From Nitrosopumilus sp. (GTDB lineage Archaea; Thermoproteota; Nitrososphaeria; Nitrososphaerales; Nitrosopumilaceae), in contig NZ_JAILWM010000002.1 of the NCBI RefSeq assembly GCF_025698945.1, positions 166,680 to 230,679 on the forward strand: 64,000 nt of DNA, in the 5' to 3' direction. Of this stretch, positions 9,528 through 18,689 are shown piece after piece. Position 1 is the first letter of the stretch, and the number at the start of each line of letters is the position of its first letter. A program made the translations under genes and the position numbers. Below the pieces are notes generated by a model. That model had not been told where the DNA came from. It saw only the letters and a program-made list of their open reading frames with translations, and searched no databases.

Positions 9528-9629
9528 TAATTGTAGAATCTACTTCTACTAAAAACCATCGTGGTCATTTTGAATTTATTAAATCAATTTTGTAACTAAA
9601 ATTAAATTTCATATTAAAAATGAAATATT

Positions 9630-9890
9630 ATGGAAATCAAAAATGTTACTTTATTTTTTATAGGAATTGTATTTTTAATTTTAGGATCATTGATAATAAT
9701 TTTTGATTATCCACAAATTCAGTTTTTTGAAAATATGGAACTTCCAACTTACAATTTACTTGATGCCAATTCCAAGCAAATTCATCAAAGACTTACAATA
9801 GAATACTATATCGGAGTAATTTTTTTTGGTTTAGGAATATTATCATTGATTGTTTCTTTTCTAAAGAGATTTCAGAATAGATTCAGATAG
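9630..9890 (+). CDS. Small two-helix membrane protein
   Basis: Two hydrophobic segments; 3' end overlaps pheT convergently. Confidence 0.6.
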   Translation: MEIKNVTLFFIGIVFLILGSLIIIFDYPQIQFFENMELPTYNLLDANSKQIHQRLTIEYYIGVIFFGLGILSLIVSFLKRFQNRFR

Positions 9891-11525
9891 TGAAATTTCA
9901 AAAGCCACAACAGGTACACGGATTTTATAGTTTTCAATGATTTTTGAGTTAATTTCTCCAATTATTCCAATAGATTTGCCACTTACAACAACATTAGCAC
10001 AACGGCCAGCTTCAAAAGTTGGATGAGTTGCAGTTTTTGTTTCAATTTTCATATTAAAACCAGTATTTAATGCAGATTGCAAAATGGATTTAATTTCAGT
10101 AAAGTTTGAATCTTGATGTGCACTAACACATGAAAAATTAATTTTTTCAGATATTGGATTATCAAGTGAAAACACAGTTCCTGTCTCAAATAATTTTTGA
10201 GGATAAGATTCATGAATATTTTTTGATAGATTCTCTAACAATCCCGGAAGAATAGAATCACGCAATATTGTATGTTCCTGACTTTTTGAATCAAGTACAG
10301 AAATAATTTTTGAAGTATTTCTATTTGTCATTTCATATAGAACTCTTTTGCTAGTTAAACTAGAATTCAATGCCTCATGATATCCAAGTCCTGTCATTAT
10401 TAGGCTCAGAGATTTTAGGACAACAGAGATTGGACTTGTTTGGCCAATGGTTTGTGACGGAGATAGTGTTGGTTCAAGATTTTGAATTCCATAACCTAAA
10501 GCAACTTCTTCAACCAAATCCATTTCTCCAAAAATATCAAACCTGTACGGAGGAATAGTACAAACAATGTTTTTTCCTTTAGATATTGCATCTAAACGAG
10601 ATTTTTTTAATGAAGAAATAATTTTTGAAGTATTAAGATCTAAACCTAGGGTTTGATTAACTAGAGAAGAACTAACAATCATTTTCTTTTGTTCAAGTCT
10701 GGGTGAAGAATTTTTTGCACCAGATATTTGAACAGATTCTAAAGAAAAACCTGCAGTTTGTAAGATAGTTGCAACAACTGAAAGCATATCTTCAGCATCT
10801 GCTTTATTGATACCAGTCACCTCAACAAACAAATTTTTTGTTTTAGGTGTAACAGTTGTTACTGCAGCATTGATAATAGGAGGAAATGAAACCGTTTTTT
10901 GATTAGCATCTAAAATTAGGGGCATATGTGAGGAATTTTCAAGGATATTTCCATAATCTTTTCCAACATCTGTGTTTGAGAGAATTTCAGTGATTGTTAA
11001 TTCCTTATCAGAATTTAATGGGACAAAATTGTGGTTTTGATTTGTTGTAGTGTAGACTAGAGGAAATGTGATCTTATCTAAATCATGAATTCCAATTGAG
11101 GATTTTTTTCGTTTTCTCCCTATTCCAAAATGTAAATCTTCTTGCATTACCATTAATTGCTTGATTGTTTTATCATCAATTTTGCCATTTTTGGCTACAA
11201 TTCCAGTCACATATGGACGAATTTTAGATACTTGAGGCTTTACAGAAATTTGATATTTGTTTGATTTTTTGACAACAAGCTTTACTGCTCCAGTTTTTTT
11301 CCCAAGTAATCCTTGCAATCCAAGAGCAATTCCAAAATCAGTGGAATAATCTGGTCTATTAGGGCTGTATTCAATTCTAACAAGATCTTTATCTTCAGAT
11401 TCTATATCAAGACCTAGGAAAGGCAGAGAATCTGAAATTTGTTTTTTTGATACTTTACCAATCAGTTTCTGTAATCTGGAATATGATAATTCAATTACTG
11501 GCATTTGGTAGCACTCCTTAACCAA
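9861..11525 (-). CDS. pheT: Phenylalanyl-tRNA synthetase beta subunit
   Basis: PNRPDYS, QEDLH, PPIIN, YRFDI..DLVEEVA; follows pheS. Confidence 0.95.
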   Translation of the reverse strand: MVKECYQMPVIELSYSRLQKLIGKVSKKQISDSLPFLGLDIESEDKDLVRIEYSPNRPDYSTDFGIALGLQGLLGKKTGAVKLVVKKSNKYQISVKPQVSKIRPYVTGIVAKNGKIDDKTIKQLMVMQEDLHFGIGRKRKKSSIGIHDLDKITFPLVYTTTNQNHNFVPLNSDKELTITEILSNTDVGKDYGNILENSSHMPLILDANQKTVSFPPIINAAVTTVTPKTKNLFVEVTGINKADAEDMLSVVATILQTAGFSLESVQISGAKNSSPRLEQKKMIVSSSLVNQTLGLDLNTSKIISSLKKSRLDAISKGKNIVCTIPPYRFDIFGEMDLVEEVALGYGIQNLEPTLSPSQTIGQTSPISVVLKSLSLIMTGLGYHEALNSSLTSKRVLYEMTNRNTSKIISVLDSKSQEHTILRDSILPGLLENLSKNIHESYPQKLFETGTVFSLDNPISEKINFSCVSAHQDSNFTEIKSILQSALNTGFNMKIETKTATHPTFEAGRCANVVVSGKSIGIIGEINSKIIENYKIRVPVVAFEISLSESILKSL

Positions 11526-12883
11526 CCTAAATTGTTGTTGTAAAATTCTCTAACATCATCTAATCCATATTTCAACATGGCAATTCTTTCAATTCCACCA
11601 CCCCAAGCTAAAACTGGTTTGTTTATTCCAAGAGGTTTGGTTACTTCAGGTCTGAAAATTCCCATTCCAAATAGTTCTACCCATTTTCCTAATCTTTCAT
11701 TATATACCATAGTTTGCAAAGATGGTTCTGTGTATGGGAAAAATGTTGGCCAAAATTTTATTTTTGTGATTCCAATTCTTTTGTAAAACTCTCGTTGAAT
11801 GCCCATCAAATCCCTTAACGTTGCATTTTTTCCAACAACAACTCCCTCTATTTGATTAAATTCTACTAGATGTTTGTAACTAACTTTTTCATTTCTAAAT
11901 ACACGACCTAATGAAAAAACTCTAGCTTCATCAGGCTTATTTTCAGCTAGATGTTTTATTGTAACACAAGTGGTATGGGTTCTAAGGACCATTTTTCTTG
12001 CTTCATTGATATCCCACTGGTATCTCCAATTTTTCTTATGAGAATCAGAAACTCTTCTAATTTGCTCAGACGTTCCAATTTTTTTTGCAGAAATTTTATC
12101 AAGATAAAAAGTATCTTGTAGTTCTCTTGCAGGATGATCTTGCGGAGTGAATAGAGCATCAAAATTCCAAAAGCTTGGTTGAGTCATATTTCCATTAATT
12201 TCTGAAAATCCCAATGTTACAAAAATTTCACGAATTTCATCAATGGTATCTTTCAATGGATGAGTTCTTGCAACAAAAACCTCTGGAACTTTAGCCTCTA
12301 CATCTATTGCACCAGTTGATTCGGAGAGTTTAATTGATTTTGCTAAATCTGTTAATGAAATTTCTTTATTCTTGATAACTTCTTCAACAATAAAATCAGG
12401 TCTTCTCAAAAGGGATGCTAAATCATTTGCATCTACTTTGTCTTTTGATAGTTTTTCAGTTCTAATTTGTTTAATGGTTTTTTCTCCAGGCAATTCTGCA
12501 GGAATAGATAGAGATGAAAGTTGTTCTGATGAACTTTCAATCCAATTATTTTTTTTACATAATCCCATTGCGGGTCCAAAAATAGGACCTAATTCTTTTT
12601 GTAATTCAGATAATTTTTTTGGACCATCTTTTAAAAGATTCAATAATCTTCTTTCAGGCAATCCCAGTTCCAAGGATTCTTTTCCATTTTTTCCCAAAGT
12701 AAGAATACTTGATGTTGATTCGTTTACAATTGCAAGATCTTTGAGTTTTAGCCATTCTATTCCACGTCTAACTTGATCTGGTGAAAGAGAAGTGGATTTT
12801 TCAAGCATTTCAGGAGTTTGTTTTTGAACATCTTTTAGAGATGCGATAATTTTTTTTTCAATCTCATGAAAAACCTGCGACAA
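11495..12883 (-). CDS. pheS: Phenylalanyl-tRNA synthetase alpha subunit
   Basis: WNFDALFTPQDHPARELQDTF, LRTHTT, FPYTEPS, AWGGGIERIAM. Confidence 0.97.
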   Translation of the reverse strand: MSQVFHEIEKKIIASLKDVQKQTPEMLEKSTSLSPDQVRRGIEWLKLKDLAIVNESTSSILTLGKNGKESLELGLPERRLLNLLKDGPKKLSELQKELGPIFGPAMGLCKKNNWIESSSEQLSSLSIPAELPGEKTIKQIRTEKLSKDKVDANDLASLLRRPDFIVEEVIKNKEISLTDLAKSIKLSESTGAIDVEAKVPEVFVARTHPLKDTIDEIREIFVTLGFSEINGNMTQPSFWNFDALFTPQDHPARELQDTFYLDKISAKKIGTSEQIRRVSDSHKKNWRYQWDINEARKMVLRTHTTCVTIKHLAENKPDEARVFSLGRVFRNEKVSYKHLVEFNQIEGVVVGKNATLRDLMGIQREFYKRIGITKIKFWPTFFPYTEPSLQTMVYNERLGKWVELFGMGIFRPEVTKPLGINKPVLAWGGGIERIAMLKYGLDDVREFYNNNLGWLRSATKCQ

Positions 12884-12933
12884 CAGTGAAAGTTCGAAAA
12901 AGACTTTTTAAACCTTAACCTAAGTCAAATTGA

Positions 12934-14046
12934 ATGTCAGTTGATGACTTTGTTGTAACTCCTTGGCATGTAGAAGGAGATATTGACTATGATAAATTAA
13001 CCAAAAAATTTGGCACTGAAAAGATTTCACCAGAATTGAATAACAGAATCAAAAAGATTGCAGGGGAAGACCATTTTATGCTAAGAAGAGGCATATTCTT
13101 TTCTCACAGAGATATGAACAGAATTCTTGATGACTATGAAAAAGGGAACAAATTTTTTCTTTATACTGGCAGGGGACCCTCAGGTCATACTCATATAGGA
13201 CATTTAGTTCCATGGGTTTTTGCAAAATGGTTACAGGAGAAATTTGATGTTAACATGTATTTCCAACTAACTGATGATGAAAAATTTTATTCAAAAGCAG
13301 ATTTAACATTAGAAGATACTAAAAAATTTGCATATGAAAATGCCTTAGACTTTATTGCACTAGGATTCAAACCTGAAAAAACAAAAATTATAATCAATAC
13401 AAAAAATATTCAGACGCTTTATCCTATTGCGGCTCAAGTTGCAAAAAAGATTAATTTTTCAAACACAAAGGCAACATTTGGATTTACTAATGAAACAAAT
13501 CTAGGAATGATTTTTTATACATCATTACAATCGGCCCCTTGTTTTATTGAAGACAAACCGGTTTTAATTCCACTAGGAGTAGATCAAGATCCACATTTTA
13601 GATTAACAAGAGACGTAGCACCAAAAATAGGAAAACCAAAACCTGCACTAATTCACAACATTATGATTCCAGGTTTAGAAGGACCAGGAGGAAAGATGTC
13701 TGCATCTGATGAAAATGGTACAGTATACACCACTGATACACCTAATGTGGTAAAGAAAAAAATTAACAAATATGCATTTTCAGGTGGTCAACCTGACATT
13801 GAAGAACATAGAAAACTTGGAGGTAATCCTGATATTGATGTATCATTTCAATATCTAAGAATATTTTTTGAACCAAATGATAATAAATTAAAATCAATTT
13901 ATGAAGATTACAAATCGGGAAAGCTTCTCTCCGGAGAATTGAAAGCAATTTTAATTGAAAAAATTAATAACTTTCTTTCAGTACATCAAGAAAAAAGAGA
14001 AAAAGCAAAAGACCAATTAGAGAAATTTCTTTTTGAAAATAAATGA
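12934..14046 (+). CDS. trpS: Tryptophanyl-tRNA synthetase
   Basis: YTGRGPS, HIGH, GVDQDPHFR, KMSAS. Confidence 0.97.
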   Translation: MSVDDFVVTPWHVEGDIDYDKLTKKFGTEKISPELNNRIKKIAGEDHFMLRRGIFFSHRDMNRILDDYEKGNKFFLYTGRGPSGHTHIGHLVPWVFAKWLQEKFDVNMYFQLTDDEKFYSKADLTLEDTKKFAYENALDFIALGFKPEKTKIIINTKNIQTLYPIAAQVAKKINFSNTKATFGFTNETNLGMIFYTSLQSAPCFIEDKPVLIPLGVDQDPHFRLTRDVAPKIGKPKPALIHNIMIPGLEGPGGKMSASDENGTVYTTDTPNVVKKKINKYAFSGGQPDIEEHRKLGGNPDIDVSFQYLRIFFEPNDNKLKSIYEDYKSGKLLSGELKAILIEKINNFLSVHQEKREKAKDQLEKFLFENK

Positions 14047-14324
14047 AAATCAGTATAGAGTGTGATGATGAATATGAGGCTCAAAAATTAGCCTCCTTAA
14101 TATTCATTAAAGACGGAAAAGAAACATACATCACAGGAATTCTAAATATTGTAAAAAATGAACTTGTAATATCATTGAAAGACAAATCAGCTCACAGTGT
14201 TTTATTAAAAGACCAGGATCATGTTGAAAAATTTGCAGATTTTATTCAATCAGTTTTAGACAAAGAACACACCCTAATTTCTACTAAAATTTCAGAACAT
14301 ATTGTAGAAATAGTAAAAAAGTGA
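14043..14324 (+). CDS. Hypothetical protein co-transcribed with trpS
   Basis: 4-nt overlap with trpS stop, 93 aa. Confidence 0.65.
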   Translation: MKISIECDDEYEAQKLASLIFIKDGKETYITGILNIVKNELVISLKDKSAHSVLLKDQDHVEKFADFIQSVLDKEHTLISTKISEHIVEIVKK

Positions 14325-14328
14325 GGAC

Positions 14329-14412
14329 CTATGGAGAAAATATAGTGTAAAGGGCCACAATTCCAACCATTGCAATAAGAGAAATTCCTAAAGCCTTAAA
14401 GTCGCCATTCAT
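14329..14412 (-). CDS. Candidate 27-aa membrane microprotein (not in ORF track)
   Basis: ATG 14412 to TAG 14329; MNGDFKALGISLIAMVGIVAL...FSP; TATA-like AT run about 25 nt upstream. Confidence 0.5.
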   Translation of the reverse strand: MNGDFKALGISLIAMVGIVALYTIFSP

Positions 14413-14473
14413 ATTATATTTCAAAAATAATTATAATTAAAGTGTTAATAAATTCTCAGAAATGATTCTAGGA

Positions 14474-15526
14474 TTACCTAGGAAAATATCTGCTCTTTTT
14501 CTGTTTTGGTTTTACTTTTTCTACTTTGCTTTTTGTAATAGGTTGTCTGATCTGGTTACAGTTCAAACATAGGACCTTTAGCTCTTCTCTAGCGAGTTCA
14601 GGTTCTGAAATGTATTTTCCCCATGAGGAAGCTGCACCCCCTCGTTTAACATCATCAAAGCCATTTTCTTCAAAAATATGACTTATTCCTAAAGCTCTCT
14701 CATCTTTAAATCCACAACTAGAGCAACTTTTGCCGCCTAAAATTTCAAACAATTTTTCTTTTAGAGATTCATAAAATTTGTCAGAAGCATTTGCAAAAAA
14801 ACTCTCTCGCTTTTTTAAGAATTTTTCATTTTTTGGTTTTTTGGAGATAATTCTGTCCCTACTGGACTGTTTTTCATTTCTTGAATATCTAGAGTCTCTA
14901 TCGTTTCTAGAATTTCTGTCATTTCTAGAATATCTATCACTAGCTGAATCTTGTGGTTTGTTTTGTCTGAAACAGTCATTACAGTAAACAGGTCTGTCTG
15001 TTCTTGGAACAAATGGAACTTGACATTCAGTACCACAATCAGCACAAGTTACTGTTGTAGATTCTTCTCGTCGGTCATTTCTTGAATATCTAGAGTCTCT
15101 ATCGTTTCTAGAATTTCTGTCATTTCTAGAATTTCTGTCATTTCTAGAATTTCTGTCATTTCTAGAATTTCTGTCATTTCTAGAATATCTGTCATTTCTA
15201 GAATATCTATCATTTCTAGAATATCTATCATTTCTAGAATATCTATCATTTCTAGAATATCTATCACTAGCTGAATCTTGTGGTTTGTTTTGTCTGAAAC
15301 AGTCATTACAGTAAACAGGTCTGTCTGTTCTTGGAACAAATGGAACTTGACATTCAGTACCACAATCAGCACAAGTTACTGTTGTAGATTCTTCTCGTCG
15401 GTCATTTCTTGAATATCTAGAGTCTCTATCGTTTCTAGAATTTCTGTATGAACGACTAGTGTTATTATCTCCAGAGGATCTCTGAGATTTTTTCTTATCA
15501 GAATACTTTGATTTGTAAAGCTCCAT
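14474..15526 (-). CDS. CxxC-x17-CxxC zinc-ribbon protein with R/S/D-rich repeats and C-terminal HNH-like domain
   Basis: Two CADCG..CNDC domains; (RY/RN)SRND repeats; CSSCG..LGISHI..LCLNCN. Confidence 0.8.
   Translation of the reverse strand: MELYKSKYSDKKKSQRSSGDNNTSRSYRNSRNDRDSRYSRNDRREESTTVTCADCGTECQVPFVPRTDRPVYCNDCFRQNKPQDSASDRYSRNDRYSRNDRYSRNDRYSRNDRYSRNDRNSRNDRNSRNDRNSRNDRNSRNDRDSRYSRNDRREESTTVTCADCGTECQVPFVPRTDRPVYCNDCFRQNKPQDSASDRYSRNDRNSRNDRDSRYSRNEKQSSRDRIISKKPKNEKFLKKRESFFANASDKFYESLKEKLFEILGGKSCSSCGFKDERALGISHIFEENGFDDVKRGGAASSWGKYISEPELAREELKVLCLNCNQIRQPITKSKVEKVKPKQKKSRYFPR
14919..15447. repeat. 202-bp exact duplication (14919-15120 = 15246-15447) overlapping nine 18-bp tandem units (15102-15263)
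   Basis: Direct comparison; unit tcatttctagaat(t/a)tct(g/a). Confidence 0.9.
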
Positions 15527-15598
15527 TTCTAAGAAATTTTAGATTGATTGGTTATAGATACTTTGAGATAAAATTTATGCCTAGAAAAAAAATTTCTA

Positions 15599-15937
15599 CT
15601 AGACTAGAGATTTGTCCATTTCTGTAGCCAGTACTTCTTGAACTTTAAGAAAATAGAGTTTGGTAGAATATGGCATCTGATCTAAATTATTATCAACTAC
15701 AATCATAAAGTATCTCACTGCACGTTTTGAGATATCTAGATTGAATTTCATTGTAAGAATAGGATCTTGATGAACTTTAATTTTATCTTGTAACCAAGGT
15801 GGTGCCATCTCAATTGTTTCATTAATAATTTTTTTGTACCAAAAAGAGAGATTTTGTGGATGGAGTCCCTGCTTTAGATCATTAACATCATTATCAATTA
15901 TTTTCATCATATTATTGATGATTGCCATTAGCCTCAA
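15599..15937 (-). CDS. Conserved hypothetical protein
   Basis: 112-aa ORF in minus-strand gene run. Confidence 0.65.
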   Translation of the reverse strand: MRLMAIINNMMKIIDNDVNDLKQGLHPQNLSFWYKKIINETIEMAPPWLQDKIKVHQDPILTMKFNLDISKRAVRYFMIVVDNNLDQMPYSTKLYFLKVQEVLATEMDKSLV

Positions 15938-15980
15938 TCAAGAAATTGTGTTTTATTCCATTTACTCAAAGTTCTGCAAT

Positions 15981-16466
15981 CTATTTGTCAATTGATAACA
16001 GGTTTCCTTCTGTATCAATTTCTGAATTTTTTATTCTAGTAGTAGAAATTCTCGTACCATCTTTTGCCAAAAACATAGGAACAGAGATAATTTTAACAGG
16101 AGGTAGGTTTTTTTCTTCCCGTAATTTGTTTAGTATCTGACCCTGATTGCTTGTTTCATCACTAGTAACTAAGGCTTCAACTCCTGTTTCCAATACTGCA
16201 GGACCAAAATCGTTTTCCAATTTACTAATTTGATAAGAAGAATTTGGAAATTCTTTTGAAATTAATTTATTTAAATTTTCTAGTCTTGTTTGATAGTTAT
16301 TAGTTAGAACTTTACCTTTTTTTAATGCCAATTCATCACTTGTCAATCCAATTATTACTTTTTTAGAAATTTTAAATGAATTTGAAAGTAATGTAATATG
16401 TCCACGATGAATGATATCAAATGTACCTCCAGTAGCAATAAGAGAGAATTCCTGCATGAGAAACAA
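15981..16466 (-). CDS. coaD: Phosphopantetheine adenylyltransferase (archaeal type)
   Basis: GGTFDIIHRGH, GLTSD, ALVTSDET, ISTTRIK. Confidence 0.9.
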   Translation of the reverse strand: MFLMQEFSLIATGGTFDIIHRGHITLLSNSFKISKKVIIGLTSDELALKKGKVLTNNYQTRLENLNKLISKEFPNSSYQISKLENDFGPAVLETGVEALVTSDETSNQGQILNKLREEKNLPPVKIISVPMFLAKDGTRISTTRIKNSEIDTEGNLLSIDK

Positions 16467-16490
16467 TAAACTTCTTTTAAAATAAACTTA

Positions 16491-17558
16491 CTATTTTACA
16501 ATAACTAATACAAATGGACCTTGTTCTGCAATTGGAATATTATTTCTATCCCAAACAAAGGTTTCAATAAAAAACAATCCTGGTTTTTCAGGAATCCAGT
16601 CAATGGTTTGTGTTTGAAGTCCTGTTCCGATAAATCGACCATCATATTTTCCAATAAATTCTACATATGGAGATTCTCCGGATTCTTTAATTTGGACATA
16701 GTATGTGTATGGAGTTTCATTCGAGTTTTGTTTTAATGAAAACTGCACCCATGTTTGACTTTCAATATTTACTGTAGAGCCTAATGTAATTTCTGAAAGT
16801 TTGTTACCGGAAGTATCTTTTACGGATACATCTGAAATTTTTACTAATTTGGTCAGAGATTGTGGTGGTGGAATTTTCACATCAACAAAATCTGAATAAA
16901 AAACATCTGATTCAGCAAATAACAAAAATCCTACAGCTCTTGCATCAATGTTTTCATCAAGCTCAAAAGAAATCTCAGCATTTGATGCTACATTTCCTAG
17001 TTCAATAGTTGAGATCTGCAAATATCTTGGTGGCTCAAAACTATCATAAAAAACAGCATAGACATTTGTGTTGGAATTAGGTGCCCCACCATTCTCTAAA
17101 ACCCCTGATAGGCGTAATGATGCATCATAGAAAACATCAGTGGGATAAACCAAGAGTCCCTTTTGTTTTCCTTCTGAAGAATCAAATCCCAACAAAGTGA
17201 CAGATGCTTGTGTTATCTCTGAATTAGGAGATGTTGAACGAATTGAATATGGAGATTTTCCATTTGGTGGAATTGATTCTAGAATAGTTCCCCCAATTGA
17301 GATGTCAATTGGAGCAGGATCTATATCATCATAGAAAGTTACTTGGATTCTAACATTATCTACTGCAGATAGTGAATCATGGTTTTCTACCATCCCAATA
17401 ACTACAGTGTATCCTTCAGCATCCTGATAAACAAAAGGTGTTTCATTACTTAGTGCTACTGATAATGTTGGTGCATTATCATAATATTCTTGAGAAAAAC
17501 CCTGAGTGAATGGAATTAATAGTAAAATCAAAAATATATTAAAAATAATTTTTCGCAT
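16491..17558 (-). CDS. Secreted protein with repeated Ig-like (FxLYD-like) domains
   Basis: Start re-called to ATG 17558 (MRKIIF.. signal peptide); VIGMVEN..QVTFYDD and SGVLEN..YAVFYDS modules. Confidence 0.7.
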   Translation of the reverse strand: MRKIIFNIFLILLLIPFTQGFSQEYYDNAPTLSVALSNETPFVYQDAEGYTVVIGMVENHDSLSAVDNVRIQVTFYDDIDPAPIDISIGGTILESIPPNGKSPYSIRSTSPNSEITQASVTLLGFDSSEGKQKGLLVYPTDVFYDASLRLSGVLENGGAPNSNTNVYAVFYDSFEPPRYLQISTIELGNVASNAEISFELDENIDARAVGFLLFAESDVFYSDFVDVKIPPPQSLTKLVKISDVSVKDTSGNKLSEITLGSTVNIESQTWVQFSLKQNSNETPYTYYVQIKESGESPYVEFIGKYDGRFIGTGLQTQTIDWIPEKPGLFFIETFVWDRNNIPIAEQGPFVLVIVK

Positions 17559-17688
17559 CTGAATTTCTTTCAGATTAGAGATTAATTTCGTATAACATAT
17601 CATATAGTGAACAAGAAAGGTAACAACGTTTAACCCAGTTGACACTAGACATTAGAGATAATAAAAAGAGATTAAAAATAGATTAGTT

Positions 17689-17790
17689 CTATTTTCTCTT
17701 TGCTGTAATTGCTAACCAGTATATCAAACCGGGAGCTAAACCAACAATGAGTGGAATCCATACAGGCCATCCATCTACTGCGCTTGTCAT
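17689..17790 (-). CDS. 33-aa membrane microprotein (not in ORF track)
   Basis: MTSAVDGWPVWIPLIVGLAPGLIYWLAITAKRK; TATA tttaaata about 25 nt upstream; T-rich terminator downstream. Confidence 0.7.
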   Translation of the reverse strand: MTSAVDGWPVWIPLIVGLAPGLIYWLAITAKRK

Positions 17791-17866
17791 AAAAGAAAAC
17801 CGAAACTTATCCTATTTAAATCCATCCAGCAGTCTGAAATTCATCACTGATCGTTATAGGTAAAAG

Positions 17867-17940
17867 TGGACCGGACGGAATTTGAATCCGTGACCCCCCG
17901 CGTGCAAGGCGGGTATACTACCAGGCTATACTACCGGCCC
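17867..17940 (-). tRNA. tRNA-Ala(TGC)
   Basis: GGGCCGG/CCGGTCC-A acceptor with G3:U70; CCCGC-CTTGCAC-GCGGG. Confidence 0.97.
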
Positions 17941-18019
17941 ACGAGAGGATGTTTATTGTGTGGATTTTAATTGTTGTCTTCTTGGCAAGAATTTTATTTG
18001 AAAGGAAGGAATTTTTTTT

Positions 18020-18574
18020 ATGGTACTATTAGAATCACAAGTCAAACTAAAGACAGGTGATATAGCTCCTGACTTTGAATTACTAGGAATTGACGACAAA
18101 AAGCACTCCCTAAATGATTATGGAAACTACAAAGGAATTTTGATTATTTTCATGTGTAATCACTGTCCCTATGTCAAGGCAAAAGTTGATGCATTAAATG
18201 AGCTGTATGAAAAATTTGGAAAGGAAATCGCAATTATTGGAATAAACAGTAATGATTCTACAGATTATCCTGAAGATAGTTTTGAAGCAATGAAACAGAC
18301 TGCAAAGGAGAAAGGATTTGGTTTTGATTATTTGGTTGATGAAACACAGGAGATTGCCAAGAAATATGGTGCCATGTGTACTCCAGACCCATTCTTATTC
18401 AATAGTGAAAGAAAGTTAGTTTTTCATGGAAGAATTGACAATGCAATGAAACCAGATGATATAGCCACAGAAAAGACAATGATCAACAATATACAGAAAC
18501 TATTGACAGGTGAAAAAATTGAAAAAGACTTTGACCCATCAATTGGTTGTTCTATCAAGTGGAAAGAAAATTAA
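18020..18574 (+). CDS. AhpC/TSA (peroxiredoxin-like) thioredoxin-family protein
   Basis: FMCNHCPYV, GINSND, AMCTPDPF, SIGCSIKW. Confidence 0.9.
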   Translation: MVLLESQVKLKTGDIAPDFELLGIDDKKHSLNDYGNYKGILIIFMCNHCPYVKAKVDALNELYEKFGKEIAIIGINSNDSTDYPEDSFEAMKQTAKEKGFGFDYLVDETQEIAKKYGAMCTPDPFLFNSERKLVFHGRIDNAMKPDDIATEKTMINNIQKLLTGEKIEKDFDPSIGCSIKWKEN

Positions 18575-18607
18575 ACTTAAATGAGTCCTGCCAAGAGATT
18601 TGTTCGT

Positions 18608-18682
18608 GGGCTCGTAGCTCAGCTTGGCTGGAGCGTTCGACTGATAATCGAAAGGTCATGTGTTCGAATCACATCGGGCCCA
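18608..18682 (+). tRNA. tRNA-Ile(GAT)
   Basis: GGGCTCG/CGGGCCC-A; TTCGA-CTGATAA-TCGAA. Confidence 0.97.
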
Positions 18683-18689
18683 TTTTTCA

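Noticed and set aside
9531-9552. GTAGAATCTACTTCTAC resembling a Cas12a repeat
   Set aside because: Single copy, short match, no array or cas gene; likely just a small hairpin
9357-9560. RNase P RNA, SRP RNA, 5S rRNA, SAM riboswitch or SECIS reading of the structured region
   Set aside because: Diagnostic motifs are absent (P4 GAGGAAAGUCC, SRP helix 8, SAM-I P4); the tandem GA is better explained as a K-turn and no selenoprotein context is visible
14778-15372. Alternative-frame ORFs (ILEM repeats) and a plus-strand ORF
   Set aside because: Frame or antisense shadows of the 18-bp repeat and the 202-bp duplication
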